A stretch of DNA of 35,918 bases from Synechococcus sp. GTDB taxonomy: Bacteria > Cyanobacteriota > Cyanobacteriia > Thermostichales > PCC-7336. The position numbers were made by a program, and so were the translations under genes. The notes below the pieces were generated by a model. It did no database searches. It saw only the letters and a program-made list of their open reading frames with translations, and was not told the origin of the DNA. Below, piece after piece: positions 26,908 to 35,918 of the stretch; position 1 is the first letter of the stretch, and every line of letters begins with the position of its first letter. Location: contig JBFRWD010000162.1 in the NCBI GenBank assembly GCA_051439425.1, positions 1 through 35,918 of the forward strand. The letters run 5' to 3'.

Positions 26908-28440
26908 CTAATTTCTGCTTAATATAAAACCAAATGTATATTTGGGCTCAGAAGCAACGAGACTCGTAATGCTTTCTGATGAAAGAGAACCTGAGGTGAT
27001 GTAGATATCTCCCTCTGATTGGGCAAACCCTGTCAGATTGATATCTCCATTTAACTCAATGTTTCCTCTGCTTTGTAGCCCTGCTCTCAAAAGAGGTATG
27101 TCTGCATTCACTTGAATGACTCCATCACTGATAATCGTCAAATCCTCATGAGATCGTATTGCACTGTTGCTTAGATATACGCCAGTGGAGTCTCCCTCTC
27201 CAGCCAGCGTGCTGACACCTCGAAAATCTACTGCCCCCGAAACAAAAATTCCATCAGATGCAATCGCTGATGAATTATTAAAAACGATATTATTACCTTC
27301 AAGAATAATATCGCCATTCTCCGTGATTATATGAGTGTTTTCTAAGCTGCTATTCGAATTTATTCGTATCGAACCAGCATTCACAATCATTTTTGTGTTG
27401 CTTAAATCAACTCCTTCCGGAAAGACAATATCTTGAGCGGAAGGGACAACAACAAAAGAACCTGGTTCAACAGCTAATTGATTTTCAAAGCTACGGCTAT
27501 CAGTTGCGGAATTTAGTTGTGTTGCAGTGACGTATTCACCTTCGGTTAAGGAAACTTTGGGTAAGCCGTTATTTTCGATTTCAGTCTCTCTATAAGACCC
27601 CGTTTCATTAGCACCTTCAATTTCAATCTCTATCTCAGAACTCGTAGCATCGATTTCAAGAATTTCGGCTCCCATAACAGTCGTTCTGAGTGAAGAGGTG
27701 CTTGTTATATCTATAGATTGACTATTAATTATATTCGGAGGACACATCACAACGCCTCCTCCACGACAAACACTATAGCCTTCGGAGGCAGTAATACCGG
27801 GCTCTCCATTGACGGTAGATAACGTCACTTGTGGATTGATCGAAAAACCGTAGTTTCCATGCGCAATAACATCGTCGTATGGCTGTGTCGTACCACCGGT
27901 TAAATCAACGCCAGCGCCCAAGTCAATAATGCCATTGGCAAGGAGTTCAATCGGGGGAGAAGATGAAGAGTTGGGCGACAATCGAATAGTGGCCTCAGCT
28001 ACATATTCAGCGTTGGTAATCGGATCCCCGGCGATTGCGTTAATGGTGATTGTTTCCGGAGTCCAACGGTTAACCGTCACACAGGGGGTTCCGGTGTCAG
28101 AACTGTACGGACAGTTCGATATGTCGCCAAAAAACGACAGGTTATTGGCTTCGGCAACCAACGCATCGATTTCGGCATTATCTAAGAAGCCGGAGGCATT
28201 GCTTTGGAGATAGGCGATCGCCGTATCGACGCCTGCTTCGGCCCGATAGCGGGTCGTTAAATTGGTTTCGACGTTCTTAGAAATGGTGATGTTCGTGAGG
28301 CTCAAAAAGCCCGCCGCCGACCCTAACATCAAAATGACGCTCATCATCAGTAAAGAGACCACCAAGATGTGACCCCGAGTTACTAGAGCCAGCTTGAGGC
28401 GAGGGCTGTATTGAAAGGTAGAATTGCTAACTTGTTTCAC
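26908..28440 (-). CDS. PilX/ComZ-like large minor pilin with predicted beta-solenoid
   Basis: RG|HILVVSLLMM class III leader lacking Glu5, RYRAEAGVDTAIAYL PilX-N motif, C-terminal (N/S/E)GxIxL/V repeats. Confidence 0.78.
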   Translation of the reverse strand: MKQVSNSTFQYSPRLKLALVTRGHILVVSLLMMSVILMLGSAAGFLSLTNITISKNVETNLTTRYRAEAGVDTAIAYLQSNASGFLDNAEIDALVAEANNLSFFGDISNCPYSSDTGTPCVTVNRWTPETITINAIAGDPITNAEYVAEATIRLSPNSSSSPPIELLANGIIDLGAGVDLTGGTTQPYDDVIAHGNYGFSINPQVTLSTVNGEPGITASEGYSVCRGGGVVMCPPNIINSQSIDITSTSSLRTTVMGAEILEIDATSSEIEIEIEGANETGSYRETEIENNGLPKVSLTEGEYVTATQLNSATDSRSFENQLAVEPGSFVVVPSAQDIVFPEGVDLSNTKMIVNAGSIRINSNSSLENTHIITENGDIILEGNNIVFNNSSAIASDGIFVSGAVDFRGVSTLAGEGDSTGVYLSNSAIRSHEDLTIISDGVIQVNADIPLLRAGLQSRGNIELNGDINLTGFAQSEGDIYITSGSLSSESITSLVASEPKYTFGFILSRN

Positions 28441-28502
28441 AAAAAATGGTTAAGGCTAAGGAGTATGACCGATGGCTCGGTGTATATTAATTTACTTACG
28501 TA

Positions 28503-28511
28503 AGTATTCCC
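28503..28511 (-). promoter_or_regulatory. SigJ/SigF-type extended -10 box GGGAATACT
   Basis: Exact GGGAATACT on the minus strand about 63 nt upstream of the pilX-like GTG; overlaps palindrome TACTTACGTAAGTA (28493-28506). Confidence 0.6.
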
Positions 28512-28520
28512 TTTCGGCGA

Positions 28521-29924
28521 TTAAATTGTGCAAGTTTCGCTAGCAGATCCCAGATACACGCCCTGTAGGTTGTTTTGAGTAGATCCTGGAAGTAGCAAGA
28601 TGCGAGCAAAGCCAACGATTGTGTAATTCAAGTCTTGTGCAGCTCCTTCGGCTTTATTCCAGACAGGAGCCAGTACTACTTGATTTTCATATTGGGATAA
28701 CGCTACATTCCCCGGCGTTCTGTTGCCAGGCAGCCCCTCGACTGTACTTCCCACTTGCAAGGTGTGGCGGGCCGGCTCGTCAATGTCTGCTACGGTCGGG
28801 TCGGTATAGGTTGTCCTGGATAGCTCGGGAAAGTTCAAAGAATTCAACAACGCTGGTGTGCTGTTATCTCCGTTCCAAGTCACCCAGCCAAAGTTGCCGG
28901 GGCCAGGGGTGGCATTGCCAGCATGATTGGCAACGATCGCTTGGTTTCTTGCGTTGGGGATGCTATCCACAGGCCAAGCTAGCGGAAGCTGATTGCAGGG
29001 TTGGCTGTTGACTAAGCTAATTTCAAGTACCTTTTCCTGGCGACGAAAGGCATCGTCGTAGGGCTGCACTGCGGGCACACCGATATCCGACCATTGGCTG
29101 ATTGGGGTGCCGTCTTGCAGGACGCCGCGGGGGAGTTCTGGGGAATTTGGATAGATCTCAGAATCTGTGAAATTGGGATCTGCAAGAGTCGCTCGCAAAC
29201 GCATGTAAATCCCAACACTTGCCACGCTGCTGATATCGGCAGGTAATTCAGAGGTATAAACTGGCAGGCCAGATTGCGTACGATTCAGTTTGAAGAAGGC
29301 GTGAAAAGATTCCAACCCTTCGATCGCCACGTCATTCCCACTGTTTGCCCCACTGAGTCGGCAACTAGAGTTACTTCGCACAGGCGCTGAACAACTGAGA
29401 GATTGTTGGAGGCGAGTCAGGTTGCCGTTGGTTGAGCCGTAGCTGACGTATTCCAGAGCGTACGTATCCTGAGTGGAATTCTCATCAATTCCGATCACCC
29501 TCACGAGCCCTAGCACATCGGAGTCAGCATCACTGCCTGGTACGTACACGACGGTGGGCAGTGGAGATTCGGCGATGCCAGAAATATCTTCAATGCCGAG
29601 CAGTCCGCTATTAGATGCTGCCGTAAAGTCAATCGTGAAGGGCCAGCGAACGATATTCGTGAAATGCGCTGCCTGCTGGTCATTGGGAGAACTCCCCCCA
29701 AACGAAGTCACGTTACCCCCTCGGTAGCCAGCACCTTGGAGGTCGCCTTGTAATATTGCTGCGGCTAGTTCGGAATTTTGGAATAGCGATGTGCCCTGCT
29801 GATTGACTCGATTGGTTCTCACCGAGGCAGAAAAAATGCGGCCGATCAGTAGGATCAATACTCCGGAAATGACAGAGCCGATCAACAGTTCCACAAATGT
29901 CATGCCGCGATCACTTCGTCTCAT
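28521..29924 (-). CDS. PilW-like minor pilin with an extra C-terminal TadG-like domain
   Basis: RG|MTFVELLIG prepilin site, DLQGAGY PilW motif; C-terminal PGNFGWVTW...APVW...YTIVGFA. Confidence 0.82.
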   Translation of the reverse strand: MRRSDRGMTFVELLIGSVISGVLILLIGRIFSASVRTNRVNQQGTSLFQNSELAAAILQGDLQGAGYRGGNVTSFGGSSPNDQQAAHFTNIVRWPFTIDFTAASNSGLLGIEDISGIAESPLPTVVYVPGSDADSDVLGLVRVIGIDENSTQDTYALEYVSYGSTNGNLTRLQQSLSCSAPVRSNSSCRLSGANSGNDVAIEGLESFHAFFKLNRTQSGLPVYTSELPADISSVASVGIYMRLRATLADPNFTDSEIYPNSPELPRGVLQDGTPISQWSDIGVPAVQPYDDAFRRQEKVLEISLVNSQPCNQLPLAWPVDSIPNARNQAIVANHAGNATPGPGNFGWVTWNGDNSTPALLNSLNFPELSRTTYTDPTVADIDEPARHTLQVGSTVEGLPGNRTPGNVALSQYENQVVLAPVWNKAEGAAQDLNYTIVGFARILLLPGSTQNNLQGVYLGSASETCTI

Positions 29925-30334
29925 TGGGAAATAGCCTTGATTGTCGTGATTTCTAGGGTCTCGGCTGTTGACTCAGCAGTGACGGTGACATTGATTTGAC
30001 AGGCTGGGTTCGTATCTGTGCAGTCTGTACTGGTCGAGCATGACAGCTCTGTCCCCATAAATTCGCACCCCAATACCTCAACGCTGCGAGAAATACCGGC
30101 TTCCGATATCACCGGAACATCAGTGGGTAAGGGCAACGACCGTTGCCGTTCCATTTCGGCTTGGGCTATCGCCGTCAAACTGCCACTGTCCTGGGCATCT
30201 CTGGTTGTATTCAGAGACGCATTCATGGAGGCTACAGATGCCGAAACCCCAACAGCAAGAATGACTGTTGCTGCCATGACTTCGACCAAAGTGAAGCCCT
30301 GGATTCCACGTATGCGATCGCGATTGAAAGGCAC
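29921..30334 (-). CDS. PilV-like minor pilin
   Basis: QG|FTLVEVMAATVILAVG, AQAEMERQR, Cys-containing C-terminus; ATGA overlap with the pilW-like gene. Confidence 0.85.
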   Translation of the reverse strand: MPFNRDRIRGIQGFTLVEVMAATVILAVGVSASVASMNASLNTTRDAQDSGSLTAIAQAEMERQRSLPLPTDVPVISEAGISRSVEVLGCEFMGTELSCSTSTDCTDTNPACQINVTVTAESTAETLEITTIKAISQ

Positions 30335-30532
30335 AAAGGTATAGATAATGACATATACGATGCCTATGTTGCCCTAGAAAATACCGATCGATTACGTTTT
30401 CGAATGAAATGCTACAGAACTATACCGATTTGAGTTATGCGTCGATTTACTTATATGTTTGAAATCCTGATGGGCTTGCTAGCTCTCTTGCCAACTAATA
30501 AGAGTCAGAGGTTTTCCGAACGGGCGCGATCG

Positions 30533-31135
30533 TTAGTCTAAGAATTGCATGCTGATTCCTCCTCCCAGAGAAATCTCAATGTCAATATTTCGCGCGCCGC
30601 TAGGTATTTCATCGAACCTGACTTCGAGGGTGTTTCCCCCCGTCCCTTCAAAATTGTTGCAACTAGCCGTCAAGCCGTTTACCTTCCAAGCGATCCCCTG
30701 CTCGCTGACAAACGTCCCTTGAATGTCGATCGCGTCGCGCAATCCAGGGGGGTCGGGCAGCAATACTGGGGCGAGTGCCAGATCTCCATTGTCGATATCG
30801 CAGCCGGCATTGGTGGGGCTTTTGACAACGGTTTGAAATGATTGCTGGTCCGAGTCCCAGAAAAAGACCACAACCCGATTGCGCTTGATCGCCTCAAATC
30901 GCGATCGCTGTAAACCCGCTTGTACTTTGTGGGCAAAACCGTTGATTTCCAATCGGTTTGCCAGTGGTCTCCATCCCAACATGGCTAGCCCCGAGACCGC
31001 TGCCAGCAATGTCATTGCCATGACAAGCTCTAGCATGGTGAATCCCGCATGACGAGATCCTCGCTGCTGCTGCCACTGTGCGATTCGGTGGGGCAAGATG
31101 TGCGCTGGTCGGCTTTGGGGATTCATAAACATCAT
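30533..31135 (-). CDS. FimT/FimU (GspH-like) minor pilin
   Basis: AG|FTMLELVMAM prepilin site, LQRSRFEAIKRNR.V FimT motif, C-terminal I.ISLGG. Confidence 0.85.
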   Translation of the reverse strand: MMFMNPQSRPAHILPHRIAQWQQQRGSRHAGFTMLELVMAMTLLAAVSGLAMLGWRPLANRLEINGFAHKVQAGLQRSRFEAIKRNRVVVFFWDSDQQSFQTVVKSPTNAGCDIDNGDLALAPVLLPDPPGLRDAIDIQGTFVSEQGIAWKVNGLTASCNNFEGTGGNTLEVRFDEIPSGARNIDIEISLGGGISMQFLD

Positions 31136-31340
31136 GAAACATCATGCGATTGGGTAGTTTTACGTAACTATCCTGTTTCTCATGATGCCTATTGCACCCT
31201 AAAATCCTTCACCTTCGACAGATTGATTGGCTGGCCGCCAATGACGAGCAGTGTTTGCAGCCAAAAGCACGGTCTGTCGGTGGGGGAAAGAGGACCGTCC
31301 GGATCGATCTGGCTGAAAAGTCGCAACGGAAAAGGCGCGA

Positions 31341-32222
31341 TTAGTTGCCTCCAATGCCAGACGATGTTGAGGAGCTAGCGGTTGGTGTTTGCATGGCAAC
31401 CGCTAAGAGTCTGAGCTGCTCGCTGACATCCATCGCTAACCAACTGCCAGATTCGCGACTCCAATACTCAAAGTGCAAATGTGGTCCGGTGGAACGTCCA
31501 GTAGAGCCCACATAGCCAACAATGGTTCCCTGTTCCACCCACGTGTTTGGCTGTACTGCAATGCTAGACATGTGTCCGTATCGGGTTCGTCGGACTTCGT
31601 CATGGGCAATCACCACCGCATTGCCAAGGTTTCCTGCAGGTCCTGCAACAATCACTTGACCCGAATACGCTGCCAGAATGGGCGTCCCGGTAGGTGCTGC
31701 GATATCAATACCCTGATGGAAGCTGGATAGCCCCGTGATGGGATGAACTCTCATGCCAAACCCCGAAGAGATCGGGGCCGCGGTGGCTAATGGATATCTC
31801 AGGCCCTCAAAACGAGCCCCCTGAACGAGTGACGGAGGTAGTACCAATGCAATGTCTTGGCCGGGATTGAGGATAAATTGCTGCCCGCTCGATCGCTCTT
31901 GCAAAATGACCATCGAGGGTGGAGCTGACTGGCGAACCACACTATCGTCGTCGTTGATGCGATCGATATTCAGGCGATCGACCAAGACATCTTGACCCAG
32001 CTCGACACTAACGCTGCTACCGCTGTCTCCTCGGCGGCTGCCCGAGCGATTGAGCCAGCCGGGCTGATTGTCTGTATCGGGCAACGGGCTTTGAGAGTCT
32101 TGTGCGTGGGATGCTGTCGCAAAGACGCAAAATACTGCCAAGATGCTGCCAAAGAGTGACACAGCAGCGGTCGTTCGAGTTGTGCGTTTGAGACTTGGAT
32201 TCACGCGTTTACTCCCACACAT
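31341..32222 (-). CDS. Secreted M23-family metallopeptidase
   Basis: Signal peptide ending ASHA-Q; ISSGFGMRVHP, HQGID, YGHMS, GSTGRSTGPHLHFE; start moved to ATG 32222. Confidence 0.92.
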   Translation of the reverse strand: MCGSKRVNPSLKRTTRTTAAVSLFGSILAVFCVFATASHAQDSQSPLPDTDNQPGWLNRSGSRRGDSGSSVSVELGQDVLVDRLNIDRINDDDSVVRQSAPPSMVILQERSSGQQFILNPGQDIALVLPPSLVQGARFEGLRYPLATAAPISSGFGMRVHPITGLSSFHQGIDIAAPTGTPILAAYSGQVIVAGPAGNLGNAVVIAHDEVRRTRYGHMSSIAVQPNTWVEQGTIVGYVGSTGRSTGPHLHFEYWSRESGSWLAMDVSEQLRLLAVAMQTPTASSSTSSGIGGN

Positions 32223-32437
32223 GTTTGTCCGTATCCGTTCTGGTGATGTTTGCTTGCGAGCGCTCTTGCCAGCCATGCTGGCTAGCTGAGAGGCTACATC
32301 ACCCTTTGTCTCAACTTCGAAACAAACACCTTTGCATACAGTAAAGAAAATCGCGGTCGCCGCCAAGGGGGGGTCGATCGTCATCTCTTTTCTTTGATGC
32401 CCCTTAAAGCATGCCCAAAAAGATAGTTGAGTTTGGA

Positions 32438-33580
32438 CTAAATAGTAGATTCGAGCGCCGTACATAGGGCATCCAATTGACTAACAGTGTGGATGGCCGA
32501 TAGAGATATGCGTAAGCGGGCAGTGCCATTGGGAACGGTAGGAGGACGAATTGCCTGTACCCAAAAGCCTTTCTGCTCGAGCTGGTGCGAGGTTGCTAAG
32601 GCGCGATCGGAGGTTCCCTGGATGATTGGCACAATCTGGCTATGGGTCTGAATGCCCAAGCGTTTTTCTAGATAGGATCGGTGAGACTGTAGCTGTTGTT
32701 GGCCATCGCGATGGTGGTGAAGGTAGGCGATCGCTGCTTGAGTTGCGGCCAACGTTGCTGGTGGTAACGCTGTTGTGTAGATGAAACTGCGGGCTCGGTT
32801 GCGCAGCAATTCTGCAATCGGATGGCAGCAGGCGATGTATGCACCGAAGCTACCCAGAGCTTTACCGCAGGTGCCAATCTGAATTAAACAATCGTCGTGC
32901 AGCTGTAGTTGCGCGCACAGACCGGCTCCATTCGGCCCCACGACACCAACGGAGTGGGCCTCATCCACAATCAGCAAACAATCGTATGTCTTGGCGAGCT
33001 GTAACAAGTGCGGCAAGGGAGCGATATCGCCGTCCATCGAGAAGATGCTTTCCGTCACAATCACCCTTAATCCCTGGGTGGTGTGCTGGTTCAGGAGGGT
33101 TTCCAGATGGGCGGTGTCGTTGTGGTGAAACTCGTGGGCGCTTGCTCTGCTGAGGTCGATTCCATCTCGCAAGCTGGCATGGGCCAGAGCATCGTAGAAA
33201 ATGCAATCCCCATGCTTAGTTAAGGCGGCTAATACACCACAATTCGCCTGATAGCCCGAATTGAACAGAATGGCTTCATCGGTGGATTTCCAATTAGCAA
33301 TAATGTTTTCCAGCTTGCGAAACCGATCCGAGCTGCCGGTGACGAGGCGGGAGGCCCCACTCCCCGTTCCCTGTTGCTGAGTTGCTGCCATCGCAGCTGC
33401 TTTGAGGTCAGGGTGTTGTGCCAAGCCCAGGTAGTCGTTACTGGAGAAATTCACTAGCCAGCGATCTCCGTCCACTTGTACCCTCATGCCATCGCAAGCG
33501 TAGTGGGTACGGGGCTTGCGATACAGATTAAGGCGATGAACTTGAGCGAGTCGAGCTTTGATGAAATCGAGAGCAGGCAA
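32438..33580 (-). CDS. bioF: 8-amino-7-oxononanoate synthase
   Basis: NFSSNDYLGL, GSGASRLVTG, HASLRDG, SMDGD, DEAH, GTCGKALG (PLP Lys), AIRPPTVP. Confidence 0.95.
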   Translation of the reverse strand: MPALDFIKARLAQVHRLNLYRKPRTHYACDGMRVQVDGDRWLVNFSSNDYLGLAQHPDLKAAAMAATQQQGTGSGASRLVTGSSDRFRKLENIIANWKSTDEAILFNSGYQANCGVLAALTKHGDCIFYDALAHASLRDGIDLSRASAHEFHHNDTAHLETLLNQHTTQGLRVIVTESIFSMDGDIAPLPHLLQLAKTYDCLLIVDEAHSVGVVGPNGAGLCAQLQLHDDCLIQIGTCGKALGSFGAYIACCHPIAELLRNRARSFIYTTALPPATLAATQAAIAYLHHHRDGQQQLQSHRSYLEKRLGIQTHSQIVPIIQGTSDRALATSHQLEQKGFWVQAIRPPTVPNGTARLRISLSAIHTVSQLDALCTALESTI

Positions 33581-33815
33581 TGGAATTATGGTGAGAAGGG
33601 CAAGATTTGGAACACGGCTACAGCTTCAAGCCGTATGTGGTGAAATAAATTATAGATACTGACTACCGAGCGATACTAGCGATGAAAGCGTTCAAGATGC
33701 TCCAAGCTAGTTTCTTGCTTCGTTTTGAGGGATGAGATCGGTGCAGAAGGATGAGATGAGTGGTGTCATACCAGGCCAAGTTGATGCCCAACATTCCGAT
33801 GGCAGGGGCGGGGGC

Positions 33816-34922
33816 ATGTCGACAATCTATATCGCAATTTCGTCCCACGGATACGGCCATGCGACTCGTATGGCGGCGGTTGTTGATTGTTTGTTACAAC
33901 TTAACCCCAATATCCTGCCAGTGATTGTTACTGCGGCCCCGCGTTGGTTGCTAGAGAAGTATATTGTTTCGGGCAAGTTTCTGCATCGACCCAGGCCTCT
34001 AGATTTCGGCGTGATTCAGTCCGACAGTTTGACCCTCGATCTCGACACTACGGTCAAACGGTTGAACGAGCTACGATCCCAAGCCAATGACATAATCAAA
34101 GCTGAAGTTGACTTCATTCGACTCAATCGCATCTCGCTGGTTTTCGGAGATATTCCGCCGTTAGCTTGTGCGATTGCCAAGGCGGCAGGAGTTCCATGTT
34201 GGATGGCGGGTAACTTTAGCTGGGACTTTATCTACCGCGATTACGGTAGTTTGTTTGACTCCTATGCAGACTGGATTGCCGAATTGTACGGGGAATGCGA
34301 CCGTCTCTTCCGCTTGCCTTTTCATCACAATATGGAGGCATTTTCGGAGATCGAAGATGTTGGTCTCACAGGGGCTACACCCCAGTACACTGCAGATGAC
34401 GTTTGTCAGAAACTTCAGCTCGATTCCGGGCGTCCTACCGTCCTGCTTACCTTTGGCGGCATGGGGATTGACGATATCCCATACCGGAATGTGTCGGCAT
34501 TTCCCGATTGGCAATTTCTAACCCTTGACGCATCAGCACCGAGAGATATTCCCAACCTGCGGGTCTTGAACGGAGAAGAATGGAGGCCAGTCGATATATT
34601 AACGGCATGCGATCAAGCCGTTGTTAAACCAGGGTATGGCACTTTTGCCGAAGTTCTGAGGCTGGGGGTTCCGGTACGATGCATTACCCGTCCGAACTTT
34701 GCGGAAGCGGCACTCTTAATGGATGGCTTGCGTCGCCATGGACACCATCAAATACTCGAAAATGATCGTATCAAAGGGGATTCGTGGTCTTGGCTGAAAG
34801 AAAAATTTGTTGAGCCGATCGATACCAAGCCGATCGATACCAATGGCAACTCAACCATTGCCCGTGAACTAGAGGCAGAATTGATGTCCCGAGCATGTCC
34901 GAGATCTGGACTTGCTGCGTGA
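33816..34922 (+). CDS. GT-B glycosyltransferase-like protein (resembles the L-arabinokinase N-terminal domain)
   Basis: ISSHGYGHATR, GDIPPLA, NFSWDFIY, LTFGGMG, KPGYGTFAE; start at ATG 33816. Confidence 0.85.
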   Translation: MSTIYIAISSHGYGHATRMAAVVDCLLQLNPNILPVIVTAAPRWLLEKYIVSGKFLHRPRPLDFGVIQSDSLTLDLDTTVKRLNELRSQANDIIKAEVDFIRLNRISLVFGDIPPLACAIAKAAGVPCWMAGNFSWDFIYRDYGSLFDSYADWIAELYGECDRLFRLPFHHNMEAFSEIEDVGLTGATPQYTADDVCQKLQLDSGRPTVLLTFGGMGIDDIPYRNVSAFPDWQFLTLDASAPRDIPNLRVLNGEEWRPVDILTACDQAVVKPGYGTFAEVLRLGVPVRCITRPNFAEAALLMDGLRRHGHHQILENDRIKGDSWSWLKEKFVEPIDTKPIDTNGNSTIARELEAELMSRACPRSGLAA

Positions 34923-35061
34923 TCGAACAGTTTGGCGGCATGACTATACCGGCTTGCCTCAACTCCTATGGGACAAATTCGCAGGCTAGGCTAACGTTCG
35001 CTACCTGGCGAAATCTTCAGCTTTTGTCAATTGATTGTTCGGGAGAAAGCTTCATAGTGCT

Positions 35062-35918
35062 TTACGAGAAGGCACTTGAAGAAGAGGATCGCGTAGCTGC
35101 GCTGGAGGCTAATGCTTTTCCCTCGTCGAGGAGAAAGGCCAGAAATGTTTCGGCAATGGTAGAAAGTTGGCGATTGGCAGAGTACACGACATTCCACTGT
35201 AGGGGAATGGGGAAGTGCTGAACATTCAGCTCTGTGATTTCAGTCGTTGCTCCCATCAATGCAAGGGTATGACGCGAGAGGACAGACAGCCCCAACCCTC
35301 CAGCAATGGCCTGCTTAATAGCTTCGTTGCTGCCCAACGACATGCGTACTTTGACTGATAAGTCGCGTTCTTGAAATAATTTTTCCACGGCCTCGCGAGT
35401 TGCCGATCCTGGCTCTCGCATGATAAATGGCTCTTCAGCTAATGCCTCTAGAGAGACCTCCTCTTGTTTCGCCAATGGGTGATTGGAGGGAGCCATAACC
35501 ACCAATGGATTTTCTAAGAAGGGCTGACAATGGATATCGAGATGTTTGGGAGGGCGGCTGAGGATATACAGGTCGTCAGCATTGTCTACGATTCGCTCCA
35601 ATAGTCCTTCGTGGTTGGTTACCTCTAATGACACATCAATGCCGGGGTATCGCTGGCAGAAGGTTCCGAGCAAGCGGGGGGCAACGTATTTGGCAGTGGT
35701 GATGACTGCCAGCCTGAGGCGCCCTTGCTTCATTCCCTGTAGATCCGAGACCTTCATCTCGAATCGTTCGAGTAAGTCGAAAATTTGCTTGCAGGTGCTG
35801 TACAGTTCGGAACCTGCTTCGGTGAGATAGAGACGCTTACCGATGAGTTCGAATAATGGGGTGCCGGCGGTTTTGGCCAACTGTTTCATTTGCATGGATA
35901 CAGTTGGTTGAGTCAGGT
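35062..35918 (-). CDS. LysR/CbbR-family regulator, NdhR(CcmR)/CmpR-like; 5' end outside the window
   Basis: Reads LTQPTVSMQMKQL at the window edge, then LRLAVITTAKY..PRLLG, MREPGSATR, LGSNEAIKQAIAGGLG. Confidence 0.93.
   Translation of the reverse strand, partial: LTQPTVSMQMKQLAKTAGTPLFELIGKRLYLTEAGSELYSTCKQIFDLLERFEMKVSDLQGMKQGRLRLAVITTAKYVAPRLLGTFCQRYPGIDVSLEVTNHEGLLERIVDNADDLYILSRPPKHLDIHCQPFLENPLVVMAPSNHPLAKQEEVSLEALAEEPFIMREPGSATREAVEKLFQERDLSVKVRMSLGSNEAIKQAIAGGLGLSVLSRHTLALMGATTEITELNVQHFPIPLQWNVVYSANRQLSTIAETFLAFLLDEGKALASSAATRSSSSSAFS

Noticed and set aside
32223..32465. 81-aa N-terminal extension of the M23 ORF
   Set aside because: Overlaps the bioF end and precedes a clear signal peptide starting at ATG 32222.
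1..35918. CRISPR array, IS/transposase, prophage, retron or other defence system
   Set aside because: No regularly spaced direct repeats and no transposase, integrase, reverse transcriptase or phage genes were recognised; the EEP gene has no defence-type partners.

Overview
Cyanobacterial chromosomal window: frequent HIP1 GCGATCGC octamers, a SigH-type ECF module, an RRM RNA-binding protein, a Sll0529-type phosphoketolase and an NdhR/CmpR-type LysR. The left part (1-24234) holds mostly housekeeping and envelope genes: a truncated modular RTX protein, ileS, VanZ, a stand-alone tandem MshEN-like protein, selU/mnmH, codB, glycosyltransferases, a CPBP protease, DUF721 and an EEP nuclease/phosphatase. 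The most unusual part is 24395-31200, a visibly AT-richer block. It carries a FimT-PilV-PilW-PilX type IV minor-pilin cassette followed by an FHA-PAS-GGDEF-EAL c-di-GMP enzyme. The PilW-like pilin has a C-terminal TadG-like domain and the PilX-like pilin a ComZ-like acidic beta-solenoid. Four of these genes are preceded by AGGG-N5-T boxes, one exactly GGGAATACT (SigJ/SigF-type). Other regulatory signals are an ECF promoter, an ATAG-N8-CTAT LysR box upstream of the phosphoketolase, a folded rbp 5'UTR, a folded leader on an M23 peptidase and several long intergenic hairpins. No tRNA/rRNA, CRISPR array or transposase was seen. All calls come from reading motifs by eye; no database searches were run.
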